Origin: Isurus oxyrinchus | Lineage: Eukaryota | Direction: 5' to 3' | Assembly: GCA_026770705.1 (NCBI GenBank) | Contig: JANJGN010000010.1 | Span: 40,176,001-40,240,000 of the forward strand | DNA: 64,000 bases | In this document: positions 1 through 12,800 of the stretch, piece by piece | Numbering within the stretch: position 1 is the first letter of the stretch | Layout of the letters: each line of letters opens with the position of its first letter | Translations under genes and position numbers: made by a program | Notes under the pieces: generated by a model | Seen by the model: the letters and a program-made list of their open reading frames with translations, nothing else | Told to the model about the DNA's origin: nothing | Databases searched by the model: none

Positions 1-340
1 CTCCACCCAATTAGACAAGCCGAATTTTTACTCCTCAAGTCCAGTATTGATGATGTGACAGAAGGAAAACAGAAAAGTGAATGCTAACTTTGTCTAAATA
101 GACAAGTCCTGATCTGTTCCAAAGGATAGGGAATCTCCATTTGCACTAATGGGGCAGACATTCCGTTGCTCCAATACTGCATGAGTGATATCCACCTAGA
201 GCTCGGCCAAGAACGTTCCTGTGGCACCTGATCACTCAGAGCATGATAGAGGGAGCCAAGAAAGCGTCCAAACAACAAGATTGTTCTGTTCACCTTTGCT
301 TCTCATTTTGTTTAGTGTGTCAATCTTAAAAAAAACTGTT

Positions 341-381
341 GGCCTACATCATCACTGAGCTAGGCCTACATCATCAATGAG
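341..381 (+). repeat. Short direct repeat with 22-nt period inside each unit
   Basis: GGCCTACATCATCACTGAG at 341-359 and GGCCTACATCATCAATGAG at 363-381 (one mismatch); a degenerate third copy lies near 402-424. Confidence 0.85.
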
Positions 382-791
382 ATTTTGCTAACTGGACCAT
401 TCTCCTACATTCCACATCATCAATAAATTGTTTTTCTTTTTATTTGGTTAAATACTGCTTCCTCAGGGGAATCTTCCAAATACACAACCATTGGGATCTA
501 GATCAGGAGAAGCAGCAGGTACAGGGGCACACCAACACATGCAACTTCCTCTCTAAGACTTACAAAATCCGGACTTGGAAATATGTGTCAATCCGTCATG
601 GGCACTGGGTTGAAAACCAGAAACTGCCTCCCGATCAGCTCTGTGGATGTACCTAAACCACACGGATTGCAGCAATTCCAGAACCAGCATTAGCATCATA
701 CCAAGGACAATTAATGATGCTAATAAAAGTACGATCTGTCAAAATTACCCACATCCCATCGGCAAATAAATGAAAGCTTTGCGCAACTTAC

Positions 792-881
792 TATTTTCTT
801 CATTCTTTACACCGTCGGATCCCTGTTCTTCATTTTTACTGTTAGGATCACTTTTAGCATTTGTAGAGTTTCCCTGCAAAT
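792..881 (-). CDS. Repeat exon, 90 nt: xLQGNSTNAKSDPNSKNEEQGSDGVKNEEN
   Basis: Acceptor AG is CT at 882-883; donor GTAAGT is ACTTAC at 786-791; frame open. Confidence 0.72.
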
Positions 882-3800
882 CTACATGAACAAAAATATA
901 CATGCCATTGTAAACTCATTGCATACAGGCGCTGAAACTACACTGGTAATGCAGTTCAATAGTCATAAAAGAATACCTATGTATTTAGTTAAGCTTAATG
1001 TGCCTTCATCTCAGGACAGATATTATTATTTCTCAGCTAAATGCTGCATGAGGGGCCTTCAGAATAATGCAAAATTTCATCTCACAGTGAATAATAGTGC
1101 ATTGTAGGCTTCCCTCCTTTTCCTCAATATACATCAATCAATTAGCTTCAAATATTATTGGTAAAATTGTACAACGTAGATTCACATGCTAGCGACATAT
1201 CTTTTTGGGTTCAAATCATTGTACCAAGAACGTACTTTAAAGTACCAACACATCAATGAAGTTCTACGCTGAAAAATGGATCTATTTCTGAATTCTCTAT
1301 TTTGATCATTTTATCAAATATTATGACCAGTGTGAGAATTCAGCATTCCATCCAAAATGAGTTAGTTTTCAGACAGGATATCTGCTCAATTCCTGGACTG
1401 GAACATCAACACATATCCCCCTGACTGACAGAACAGGTTTCTGAATAATGGAGCTAATACTTCCTGGAATATGAGAAGGCACTTTGTGCTTTTGATTCTT
1501 TAGTGAAAAACAATTCATATTTTCTCCATTTCAAAGAATACATAAGCCATTTCATTACAACTATAGCCTCCACCATCCATTGCAATCCCTTAGTATATTT
1601 ACTTTCTCAGTACTTCCACTAGCATGCCTTATTTCTGCTGACTTCTCTACATCCCTTCTTTATTATGTGTTCTCTGTCCTTAACATAACATCAAGCAAAA
1701 GAAAGATATCTCAACTGGAGTCTTTTCAATCTTTCTGAGAAAGGAACCTCCACCCAATTAGACAAGCCGAATTTTTGCTCCTCAAGTCCAGTATTGATGA
1801 TGTGACAGAAGGAAAACAGAAAAGTGAATGCTAACTTTGTCTAAATAGACAAGTCCTGATCTGTTCCAAAGGATAGGGAAACTCCATTTGCACTAATGGG
1901 GCAGACATTCCATTGCTCCAATTCTGCATGAGTGATATCCACCTAGAGCTCGGCCAAGAACATTCCTGTGGCACCTGATCACTCAAAGCATGATAGAGGG
2001 AGTCAAGAAAGCGTCCAAACAACAAGATTGTTCTGTTCACCTTTGCTTCTCATTTTGTTTAGTGTGTCATGCTTAAAAAAAACTGTTGGCCTACATCATC
2101 ACTGAGCTAGGCCTACATCATCAATGAGATTTTGCTAACTGGAGCATTCTCCTACATTCCACATCATCAATAAATTGTATTTCTTTTTATTTGGTTAAAT
2201 ACTGCTTCCTCAGGGGAATCTTCCAAATACACAACCATTGGGATCTAGATCAGGAGAAGCAGCAGGTACAGGGGCACACCAACACATGCAACTTCCTCTC
2301 TAAGACTTACAAAATCCGGACTTGGAAATATGTGTCAATCCGTCATGGGCACTGGGTTGAAAACCAGAAACTGTCTCCCGATCAGCTCTGTGGATGTACC
2401 TAAACCACACGGATTGCAGCAATTCCAGAACCAGCATTAGCATCATACCAAGGACAATTAATGATGCTAATAAATGTACGATCTGTCAAAATTACCCACA
2501 TCCCATCGGCAAATAAATGAAAGCTTTGCGCAACTTACTATTTTCTTCATTCTTTACACCGTCGGATCCTTGTTCTTCATTTTTACTGTTAGGATCACAT
2601 TTAGCATTTGTAGAGTTTCCCTGCAAATCTACATGAACAAAAATATACATGCCATTGTAACCTCATTGCATACAGGCGCTGAAACTACACTGGTAATGCA
2701 GTTCAATAGTCATAAAAGAATACCTATGTACTTAGTTAAGCTTAATGTGCCTTCATCTCAGGACAGATATTATTATTTCTCAGCTAAGTGCTGCATGAGG
2801 GGCCTTCAGAATAATGCAAAATTTCAACTCACAGTGAATAATAGTGCCTTGTAGGCTTCCCCCCTTTTCCTCAATACACATCAATCAATTAGCTTCAAAT
2901 ATTATTGGTAAAATTGTACAACGTAGATTCACATGCTAGCGACATATCTTTTTGGGTTCAAATCATTGTACCAAGAACGTACTTTAAAGTACCAACACAT
3001 CAATGAAGTTCTACGCTGAAAAATGGATCTATTACTGAATTCTCTATTTTGATCATTTTATCAAATATTATGACCAGTGTGAGAATTCAGCATTCCATCC
3101 AAAATGAGTTAGTTTTCAGACAGGATATCTGCTCAATTCCTGGACTGGAACATCAACACATATCCCCCTGACTGACAGAACAGGTTTCTGAATAATGGAG
3201 CTAATACTTCCTGGAATATGAGAATGCACTTTGTGCTTTTGATTCTTTAGTGAAAAACAATTCATATTTTCTCCATTTCAAAGAATACATAAGCCATTTC
3301 ATTACAACTATAGCCTCCACCATCCATTGCAATCCCTTAGTATATTTACTTTCTCAGTACTTCCACTAGCATGCCTTATTTCTGCTGACTTCTCTACATC
3401 CCTTCTTTATTATGTGTTCTCTGTACTTAACATTACATCAAGCAAAAGAAAGATATCTCAACTGGAGTATTTTCAATCCTTTCTGAGAAAGGAACCTCCA
3501 CCCAATTAGACAAGCTGAATTTTTGCTCCTCAAGTCCAGTATTGATGATGTGACAGAAGGAAAACAGAAAAGTGAATGCTAACTTTGTCTAAATAGACAA
3601 GTCCTGATCTGTTCCAAAGGATAGGGAATCTCCATTTGCACTAATGGGGCAGACATTCCGTTGCTCCAATACTGCATGAGTGATATCCACCTAGAGCTCG
3701 GCCAAGAACGTTCCTGTGGCACCTGATCACTCAGAGCATGATAGAGGGAGCCAAGAAAGCGTCCAAACAACAAGATTGTTCTGTTCACCTTTGCTTCTCA

Positions 3801-6800
3801 TTTTGTTTAGTGTGTCAATCTTAAAAAAAACTGTTGGCCTACATCATCACTGAGCTAGGCCTACATCATCAATGAGATTTTGCTAACTGGACCATTCTCC
3901 TACATTCCACATCATCAATAAATTGTATTTCTTTTTATTTGGTTAAATACTGCTTAGTCAGGGGAATCTTCCAAATACACAGCCATTGGGATCTAGATCA
4001 GGAGAAGCAGCAGGTACAGGGGCACACCAACACATGCAACTTCCTCTCTAAGACTTACAAAATCCGGACTTGGAAATATGTGTCAATCCGTCATGAGCAC
4101 TGGGTTGAAAACCAGAAACTGCTTCCCGATCAGCTCTGTGGATTTAGCTAAACCACATGGATTGCAGCAATTCCAGAACCAGCATTAGCATTATACCAAG
4201 GACAATTAATGATGTTAATAAATGTACGATCTGTCAAAATTACCCACATCCCATCGGCAAATAAATGAAAGCATTGCGCAACTTACTATTTTCTTCATTC
4301 CTTACACCGTCGGATCCCTGTTCTTCATTTTTACTGTTAGGATCACTTTTAGCATTTGTAGAGTTTCCCTGCAAATCTACATGAACAAAAATATACATGC
4401 CATTGTAAACTCATTGCATACAGGCGCTGAAATTACACTGGTAATGCAGTTCAATAGTCATAAAAGAATACCTATGTATTTAGTTAAGCTTAATGTGCCT
4501 TCATCTCAGGACAGATATTATTATTTCTCAGCTAAGTGCTGCATGAGGGGCCTTCAGAATAATGCAAAATTTCAACTCACAGTGAATAATAGTGCCTTGT
4601 AGGCTTCCCTCCTTTTCCTCAATATACATCAATCAATTAGCTTCAAATATTATTGGTAAAATTGTACAACGTAGATTCACATGCTAGCGACATATCTTTT
4701 TGGGTTCAAATCATTGTACCAAGAACGTACTTTAAAGTACCAACACATCAATGAAGTTCTACGCTGAAAAATGGATCTATTTCTGAATTCTCTATTTTGA
4801 TCATTTTATCAAGTATTATGACCAGTGTGAGAATTCAGCATTCCATCCAAAATGAGTTAGTTTTCAGACAGGATATCTGCTCAATTCCTGGACTGGAACA
4901 TCAACACATATCCCCCTGACTGACAGAACAGGTTTCTGAATAATGGAGCTAATACTTCCTGGAATATGAGAAGGCACTTTGTGCTTTTGATTCTTTAGTG
5001 AAAAACAATTCATATTTTCTCCATTTCAAAGAATACATAAGCCATTTCATTACAACTATAGCCTCCACCATCCATTGCAATCCCTTAGTATATTTACTTT
5101 CTCAGTACTTCCACTAGCATGCCTTATTTCTGCTGACTTCTCTACATCCCTTCTTTATTATGTGTTCTCTGTACTTAACATTACATCAAGCAAAAGAAAG
5201 ATATCTCAACTGGAGTATTTTCAATCCTTTCTGAGAAAGGAACCTCCACCCAATTAGACAAGCTGAATTTTTGCTCCTCAAGTCCAGTATTGATGATGTG
5301 ACAGAAGGAAAACAGAAAAGTGAATGCTAACTTTGTCTAAATAGACAAGTCCTGATCTGTTCCAAAGGATAGGGAATCTCCATTTGCACTAATGGGGCAG
5401 ACAGTCCGTTGCTCCAATACTGCATGAGTGATATCCACCTAGAGCTCGGCCAAGAACGTTCCTGTGGCACCTGATCACTCAGAGCATGATAGAGGGAGCC
5501 AAGAAAGCGTCCAAACAACAAGATTGTTCTGTTCACCTTTGCTTCTCATTTTGTTTAGTGTGTCAATCTTAAAAAAAACTGTTGGCCTACATCATCACTG
5601 AGCTAGGCCTACATCATCAATGAGATTTTGCTAACTGGACCATTCTCCTACATTCCACATCATCAATAAATTGTATTTCTTTTTATTTGGTTAAATACTG
5701 CTTAGTCAGGGGAATCTTCCAAATACACAGCCATTGGGATCTAGATCAGGAGAATCAGCAGGTACAGGGGCACACCAACACATGCAACTTCCTCTCTAAG
5801 ACTTACAAAATCCGGACTTGGAAATATGTGTCAATCCGTCATGAGCACTGGGTTGAAAACCAGAAACTGCATCCCGATCAGCTCTGTGGATTTAGCTAAA
5901 CCACATGGATTGCAGCAATTCCAGAACCAGCATTAGCATTATACCAAGGACAATTAATGATGTTAATAAATGTACGATCTGTCAAAATTACGCACATCCC
6001 ATCGGCAAATAAATGAAAGCATTGCGCAACTTACTATTTTCTTCATTCCTTACACCGTCGGATCCCTGTTCTTCATTTTTACTGTTAGGATCACTTTTAG
6101 CATTTGTAGAGTTTCCCTGCAAATCTACATGAACAAAAATATACATGCCATTGTAAACTCATTGCATACAGGCGCTGAAATTACACTGGTAATGCAGTTC
6201 AATAGTCATAAAAGAATACCTATGTATTTAGTTAAGCTTAATGTGCCTTCATCTCAGGACAGATATTATTATTTCTCAGCTAAGTGCTGCATGAGGGGCC
6301 TTCAGAATAATGCAAAATTTCAACTCACAGTGAATAATAGTGCCTTGTAGGCTTCCCTCCTTTTCCTCAATATACATCAATCAATTAGCTTCAAATATTA
6401 TTGGTAAAATTGTACAACGTAGATTCACATGCTAGCGAAATATCTTTTTGGGTTCAAATCATTGTACCAAGAACGTACTTTAAAGTACCAACACATCAAT
6501 GAAGTTCTACGCTGAAAAATGGATCTATTTCTGAATTCTCTATTTTGATCATTTTATCAAGTATTATGACCAGTGTGAGAATTCAGCATTCCATCCAAAA
6601 TGAGTTAGTTTTCAGACAGGATATCTGCTCAATTCCTGGACTGGAACATCAACACATATCCCCCTGACTGACAGAACAGGTTTCTGAATAATGGAGCTAA
6701 TACTTCCTGGAATATGAGAAGGCACTTTGTGCTTTTGATTCTTTAGTGAAAAACAATTCATATTTTCTCCATTTCAAAGAATACATAAGCCATTTCATTA

Positions 6801-9800
6801 CAACTATAGCCTCCACCATCCATTGCAATCCCTTAGTATATTTACTTTCTCAGTACTTCCACTAGCATGCCTTATTTCTGCTGACTTCTCTACATCCCTT
6901 CTTTATTATGTGTTCTCTGTCCTTAACATAACATCAAGCAAAAGAAAGATATCTCAACTGGAGTATTTTCAATCCTTTCTGAGAAAGGAACCTCCACCCA
7001 ATTAGACAAGCTGAATTTTTGCTCCTCAAGTCCAGTATTGATGATGTGACAGAAGGAAAACAGAAAAGTGAATGCTAACTTTGTCTAAATAGACAAGTCC
7101 TGATCTGTTCCAAAGGATAGGGAAACTCCATTTGCACTAATGGGGCAGACATTCCATTGCTCCAATTCTGCATGAGTGATATCCACCTAGAGCTCGGCCA
7201 AGAACCTTCCTGTGGCACCTGATCACTCAGAGCATGATAGAGGGAGCCAAGAAAGCGTCCAGAAAACAAGATTGTTCTGTTCACCTTTGCTTCTCATTTT
7301 TTTTAGTGTATCAATCTTAAAAAAAACTGTTGGCTTACATCATCACTGAGCTAGGCCTACATCATCAATGAGATTTTGCTAACTGGAGCATTCTCCTACA
7401 TTCCACATCATCAATAAATTGTATTTCTTTTTATTTGGTTAAATACTGCTTCCTCAGAGGAATCTTCCAAATACACAACCATTGGGATCCAGATAAGGAG
7501 GGGCAGCAGGTACAGGGGCACACCAACACATGCAACTTCCTCTCTAAGACTTACAAAATCCGGACTTATGTGTCAATCCGTCATGGGCACTGGGTTGAAA
7601 ACCAGAAACTGCTTCCCGATCAGCTCTGTGGATGTACCTAAATCACATGGATTGCAGCAATTCCAGAACCAGCATTAGCATCATACCAAGGACAATTAAT
7701 GATGCTAATAAATGTACGATCTGTCAAAATTACCCACATCCCATCGGCAAATAAATGAAAGCTTTGCGCAACTTACTATTTTCTTCATTGTTCACACCGT
7801 CGGTTCCCTGTTCTTCATTTTTACTGTTAGGATCACTTTTAGCATTTGTAGAGTTTCCCTGCAAATCTACATGAACAAAAATATACATGCCATTGTAAAC
7901 TCATTGCATACAGGCGCTGAAAGTACACTGGTAATGCTGTTCAATAGTCATAAAAGAATACCTATGTATTTAGTTAAGCTTAATGTGCCTTCATCTCAGG
8001 ACAGATATTATTATTTCTCAGCTAAGTGCTGCATGAGGGGCCTTCAGAATAATGCAAAATTTCATCTCACAGTGAATAATAGTGCCTTGTAGGCTTCCCT
8101 CCTATTCCTCAATATACATCAATCAATTAGCTTCAAATATTATTGGTAAAATTGTACAACGTAGATTCACATGCTAGCGACATATCTTTTTGGGTTCAAA
8201 TCATTGTACCAAGAACGTACTTTAAAGTACCAACACATCAATGAAGTTCTACGCTGAAAAATGGATCTATTTCTGAATTCTCTATTTTGATCATTTTATC
8301 AAATATTATGACCAGTGTGAGAATTCAGCATTCCATCCATAATGAGTTAGTTTTCAGACAGGATATCTGCTCAATTCCTGGACTGGAACATCAACACATA
8401 TCCCCCTGACTGACAGAACAGGTTTCTGAATAATGGAGCTAATACTTCCTGGAATATGAGAAGGCACTTTGTGCTTTTGATTCTTTAGTGAAAAACAATT
8501 CATATTTTCTCCATTTCAAAGAATACATAAGCCATTTCATTACAACTATAGCCTCCATCATCCATTGCAATCCCTTAGTATATTTACTTTCTCAGTACTT
8601 CCACTAGCATGCCTTATTTCTGCTGAATTCTCTACATCCCTTCTTTATTATGTGTTCTCCGTCCTTAACATAACATCAAGCAAAAGAAAGATATCTCAAC
8701 TGGAGTATTTTCAATCCTTTCAGAGAAAGGAACCTCCACCCAATTAGACAAGCTGAATTTTTGGTCCTCAAGTCCAGTATTGATGATGTGACAGAAGGAA
8801 AACAGAAAAGTGAATGCTAACTTTGTCTAAATAGACAAGTCCTGATCTGTTCCAAAGGATAGGGAAACTCCATTTGCACTAATGGGGCAGACATTCCATT
8901 GCTCCAATTCTGCATGAGTGATATCCACCTAGAGCTCGGCCAAGAACATTCCTGTGGCACCTGATCACTCAAAGCATGATAGAGGGAGTCAAGAAAGCGT
9001 CCAAACAACAAGATTGTTCTGTTCACCTTTGCTTCTCATTTTGTTTAGTGTGTCATGCTTAAAAAAAACTGTTGGCCTACATCATCACTGAGCTAGGCCT
9101 ACATCATCAATGAGATTTTGCTAACTGGAGCATTCTCCTACATTCCACATCATCAATAAATTGTATTTCTTTTTATTTGGTTAAATACTGCTTCCTCAGG
9201 GGAATCTTCCAAATACACAACCATTGGGATCTAGATCAGGAGAAGCAGCAGGTACAGGGGCACACCAACACATGCAACTTCCTCTCTAAGACTTACAAAA
9301 TCCGGACTTGGAAATATGTGTCAATCCGTCATGGGCACTGGGTTGAAAACCAGAAACTGCCTCCCGATCAGCTCTGTGGATGTACCTAAACCACACGGAT
9401 TGCAGCAATTCCAGAACCAGCATTAGCATCATACCAAGGACAATTAATGATGCTAATAAATGTACGATCTGTCAAAATTACCCACATCCCATCGGCAAAT
9501 AAATGAAAGCATTGCGCAACTTACTATTTTCTTCATTCCTTACACCGTCGGATCCCTGTTCTTCATTTTTACTGTTAGGATCACTTTTAGCATTTGTAGA
9601 GTTTCCCTGCAAATCTACATGAACAAAAATATACATGCAATTGTAAACTCATTGCATACAGGCGCTGAAATTACACTGGTAATGCAGTTCAATAGTCATA
9701 AAAGAATACCTATGTATTTAGTTAAGCTTAATGTGCCTTCATCTCAGGACAGATATTATTATTTCTCAGCTAAGTGCTGCATGAGGGGCCTTCAGAATAA

Positions 9801-12800
9801 TGCAAAATTTCATCTCACAGTGAATAATAGTGCCTTGTAGGCTTCCCTCCTATTCCTCAATATACATCAATCAATTAGCTTCAAATATTATTGGTAAAAT
9901 TGTACAACGTAGATTCACATGCTAGCGACATATCTTTTTGGGTTCAAATCATTGTACCAAGAACGTACTTTAAAGTACCAACACATCAATGAAGTTCTAC
10001 GCTGAAAAATGGATCTATTTCTGAATTCTCTATTTTGATCATTTTATCAAATATTATGACCAGTGTGAGAATTCAGCATTCCATCCATAATGAGTTAGTT
10101 TTCAGACAGGATATCTGCTCAATTCCTGGACTGGAACATCAACACATATCCCCCTGACTGACAGAACAGGTTTCTGAATAATGGAGCTAATACTTCCTGG
10201 AATATGAGAAGGCACATTGTGCTTTTGATTCTTTAGTGAAAAACAATTCATATTTTCTCCATTTCAAAGAATACATAAGCCATTTCATTACAACTATAGC
10301 CTCCACCATCCATTGCAATCCCTTAGTATATTTACTTTCTCAGTACTTCCACTAGCATGCCTTATTTCTGCTGACTTCTCTACATCCCTTCTTTATTGTG
10401 AGTTCTCTGTCCTTAACATAACATCAAGCAAAAGAAAGATATCTCAACTGGAGTATTTTCAATCCTTTCTGAGAAAGCAACCTCCACCCAATTAGACAAG
10501 CCGAATTTTTGCTCCTCAAGTCCAGTATTGATGATGTGACAGAAGGAAAACAGTAAAGTGAATGCTAACTTTGTCTAAATAGACAAGTCCTGATCTGTTC
10601 CAAAGGATAGGGAATCTCCATTTGCACTAATGGGGCAGACATTCCGTTGCTCCAAGTCTGCATGAGTGATATCCACCTAGAGCTCGGCCAAGAACCTTCC
10701 TGTGGCACCTGATCACTCAGAGCATGATAGAGGGAGCCAAGAAAGCGTCCAGAAAACAAGATTGTTCTGTTCACCTTTGCTTCTCATTTTTTTTAGTGTA
10801 TCAATCTTAAAAAAAACTGTTGGCTTACATCATCACTGAGCTAGGCCTACATCATCAATGAGATTTTGCTAACTGGAGCATTCTCCTACATTCCACATCA
10901 TCAATAAATTGTATTTCTTTTTATTTGGTTAAATACTGCTTCCTCAGGGGAATCTTCCAAATACACAACCATTGGGATCTAGATAAGGAGGGGCAGCAGG
11001 TACAGGGGCACACCAACACATGCAACTTCCTCTCTAAGACTTACAAAATCCGGACTTGGAAATATGTGTCAATCCGTCATGGGCACTGGGTTGAAAACCA
11101 GAAACTGCCTCCCGATCAGCTCTGTGGATGTACCTAAACCACACGGATTGCAGCAATTCCAGAACCAGCATTAGCATCATACCAAGGACAATTAATGATG
11201 CTAATAAATGTACGATCTGTCAAAATTACCCACATCCCATCGGCAAATAAATGAAAGCTTTGCGCAACTTACTATTTTCTTCATTCTTTACACCGTCGGA
11301 TCCCTGTTCTTCATTTTTACTGTTAGGATCACTTTTAGCATTTGTAGAGTTTCCCTGCAAATCTACATGAACAAAAATATACATGCCATTGTAAACTCAT
11401 TGCATACAGGCGCTGAAACTACACTGGTAATGCAGTTCAATAATCATAAAAGAATACCTATGTATTTAGTTAAGCTTAATGTGCCTTCATCTCAGGACAG
11501 ATATTATTATTTCTCAGCTAAGTGCTGCATGAGGGGCCTTCAGAATAATGCAAAATTTCAACTCACAGTGAATAATAGTGCCTTGTAGGCTTCCCCCCTT
11601 TTCCTCAATACACATCAATCAATTAGCTTCAAATATTATTGGTAAAATTGTACAACGTAGATTCACATGCTAGCGACATATCTTTTTGGTTTAAATCATT
11701 GTACCAAGAACGTACTTTAAAGTACCAACACATCAATGAAGTTCTACGCTGAAAAATGGATCTATTTCTGAATTCTCTATTTTGATCATTTTATCAAATA
11801 TTATGACCAGTGTGAGAATTCAGCATTCCATCCAAAATGAGTTAGTTTTCAGACAGGATATCTGCTCAATTCCTGGACTGGAACATCAACACATATCCCC
11901 CTGACTGACAGAACAGGTTTCTGAATAATGGAGATAATACTTCCTGGAATATGAGAAGGCACTTTGTGCTTTTGATTCTTTAGTGAAAAACAATTCATAT
12001 TTTCTCCATTTCAAAGAATACATAAGCCATTTCATTACAACTATAGCCTCCACCATCCATTGCAATCCCTTAGTATATTTACTTTCTCAGTACTTCCACT
12101 AGCATGCCTTATTTCTGCTGACTTCTCTACATCCCTTCTTTATTATGTGTTCTCTGTACATAACATTACATCAAGCAAAAGAAAGATATCTCAACTGGAG
12201 TATTTTCAATCCTTTCTGAGAAAGGAACCTCCACCCAATTAGACAAGCAGAATTTTTGCTCGTCAAGTCCAGTATTGATAATGTGACAGAAGGAAAACAG
12301 AAAAGTGAATGCTAACTTTGTCTAAATAGACAAGTCCTGATCTGTTCCAAAGGATAGGGAATCTCCATTTGCACTAATGGGGCAGACATTCCGTTGCTGC
12401 AATACTGCATGAGTGATATCCACCTAGAGCTCGGCCAAGAACCTTCCTGGGGCACCTGATCACTCAGAGCATGATAGAGGGAGCCAAGAAAGCGTCCAAA
12501 CAACAAGATTGTTCTGTTCACCTTTGCTTCTCATTTTGTTTAGTGTATCAATCTTAAAAAAAACTGTTGGCTTACATCATCACTGAGCTAGGCCTACATC
12601 ATCAATGAGATTTTGCTAACTGGAGCATTCTCCTACATTCCACATCATCAATAAATTGTATTTCTTTTTATTTGGTTAAATACTGCTTCCTCAGGGGAAT
12701 CTTCCAAATACACAACCATTGGGATCTAGATAAGGAGGGGCAGCAGGTACAGGGGCACACCAACACATGCAACTTCCTCTCTAAGACTTACAAAATCCGG

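Noticed and set aside
80-290. Plus-strand branch-point/acceptor-like GCTAAC...AAATAG followed by a purine-rich stretch
   Set aside because: All three frames hit stops within about 50 nt and no good donor follows.
84-656. Recurring 69-aa (minus) and 70-aa (plus) ORFs, plus the 60-aa plus ORF
   Set aside because: They use GTG/TTG starts, are broken by stops or frameshifts in many copies, and match no domain I recognise. Their recurrence only reflects the repeat.
557-660. Second minus-strand GTAAGT (plus ACTTAC near 558) suggesting another exon
   Set aside because: The exonic context is poor (TTT|GT), the upstream acceptors are weak, and the region tolerates a 7-nt deletion in four units.
415-1802. 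CATCATCAATA ... TATTGATGATG, resembling mastadenovirus ITR termini
   Set aside because: The match covers only about 11-12 nt, the following core origin (ATAATATACC) is absent, and there is no viral coding sequence. Probably coincidence.
2474-2854. Recurring 126-aa plus-strand ORF (MYDLSK...) with a hydrophobic stretch
   Set aside because: The hydrophobic part is the antisense of the purine-rich exon. The start is lost in several units, a stop appears near 35722, the end varies, and the frame upstream is disrupted in the divergent unit.
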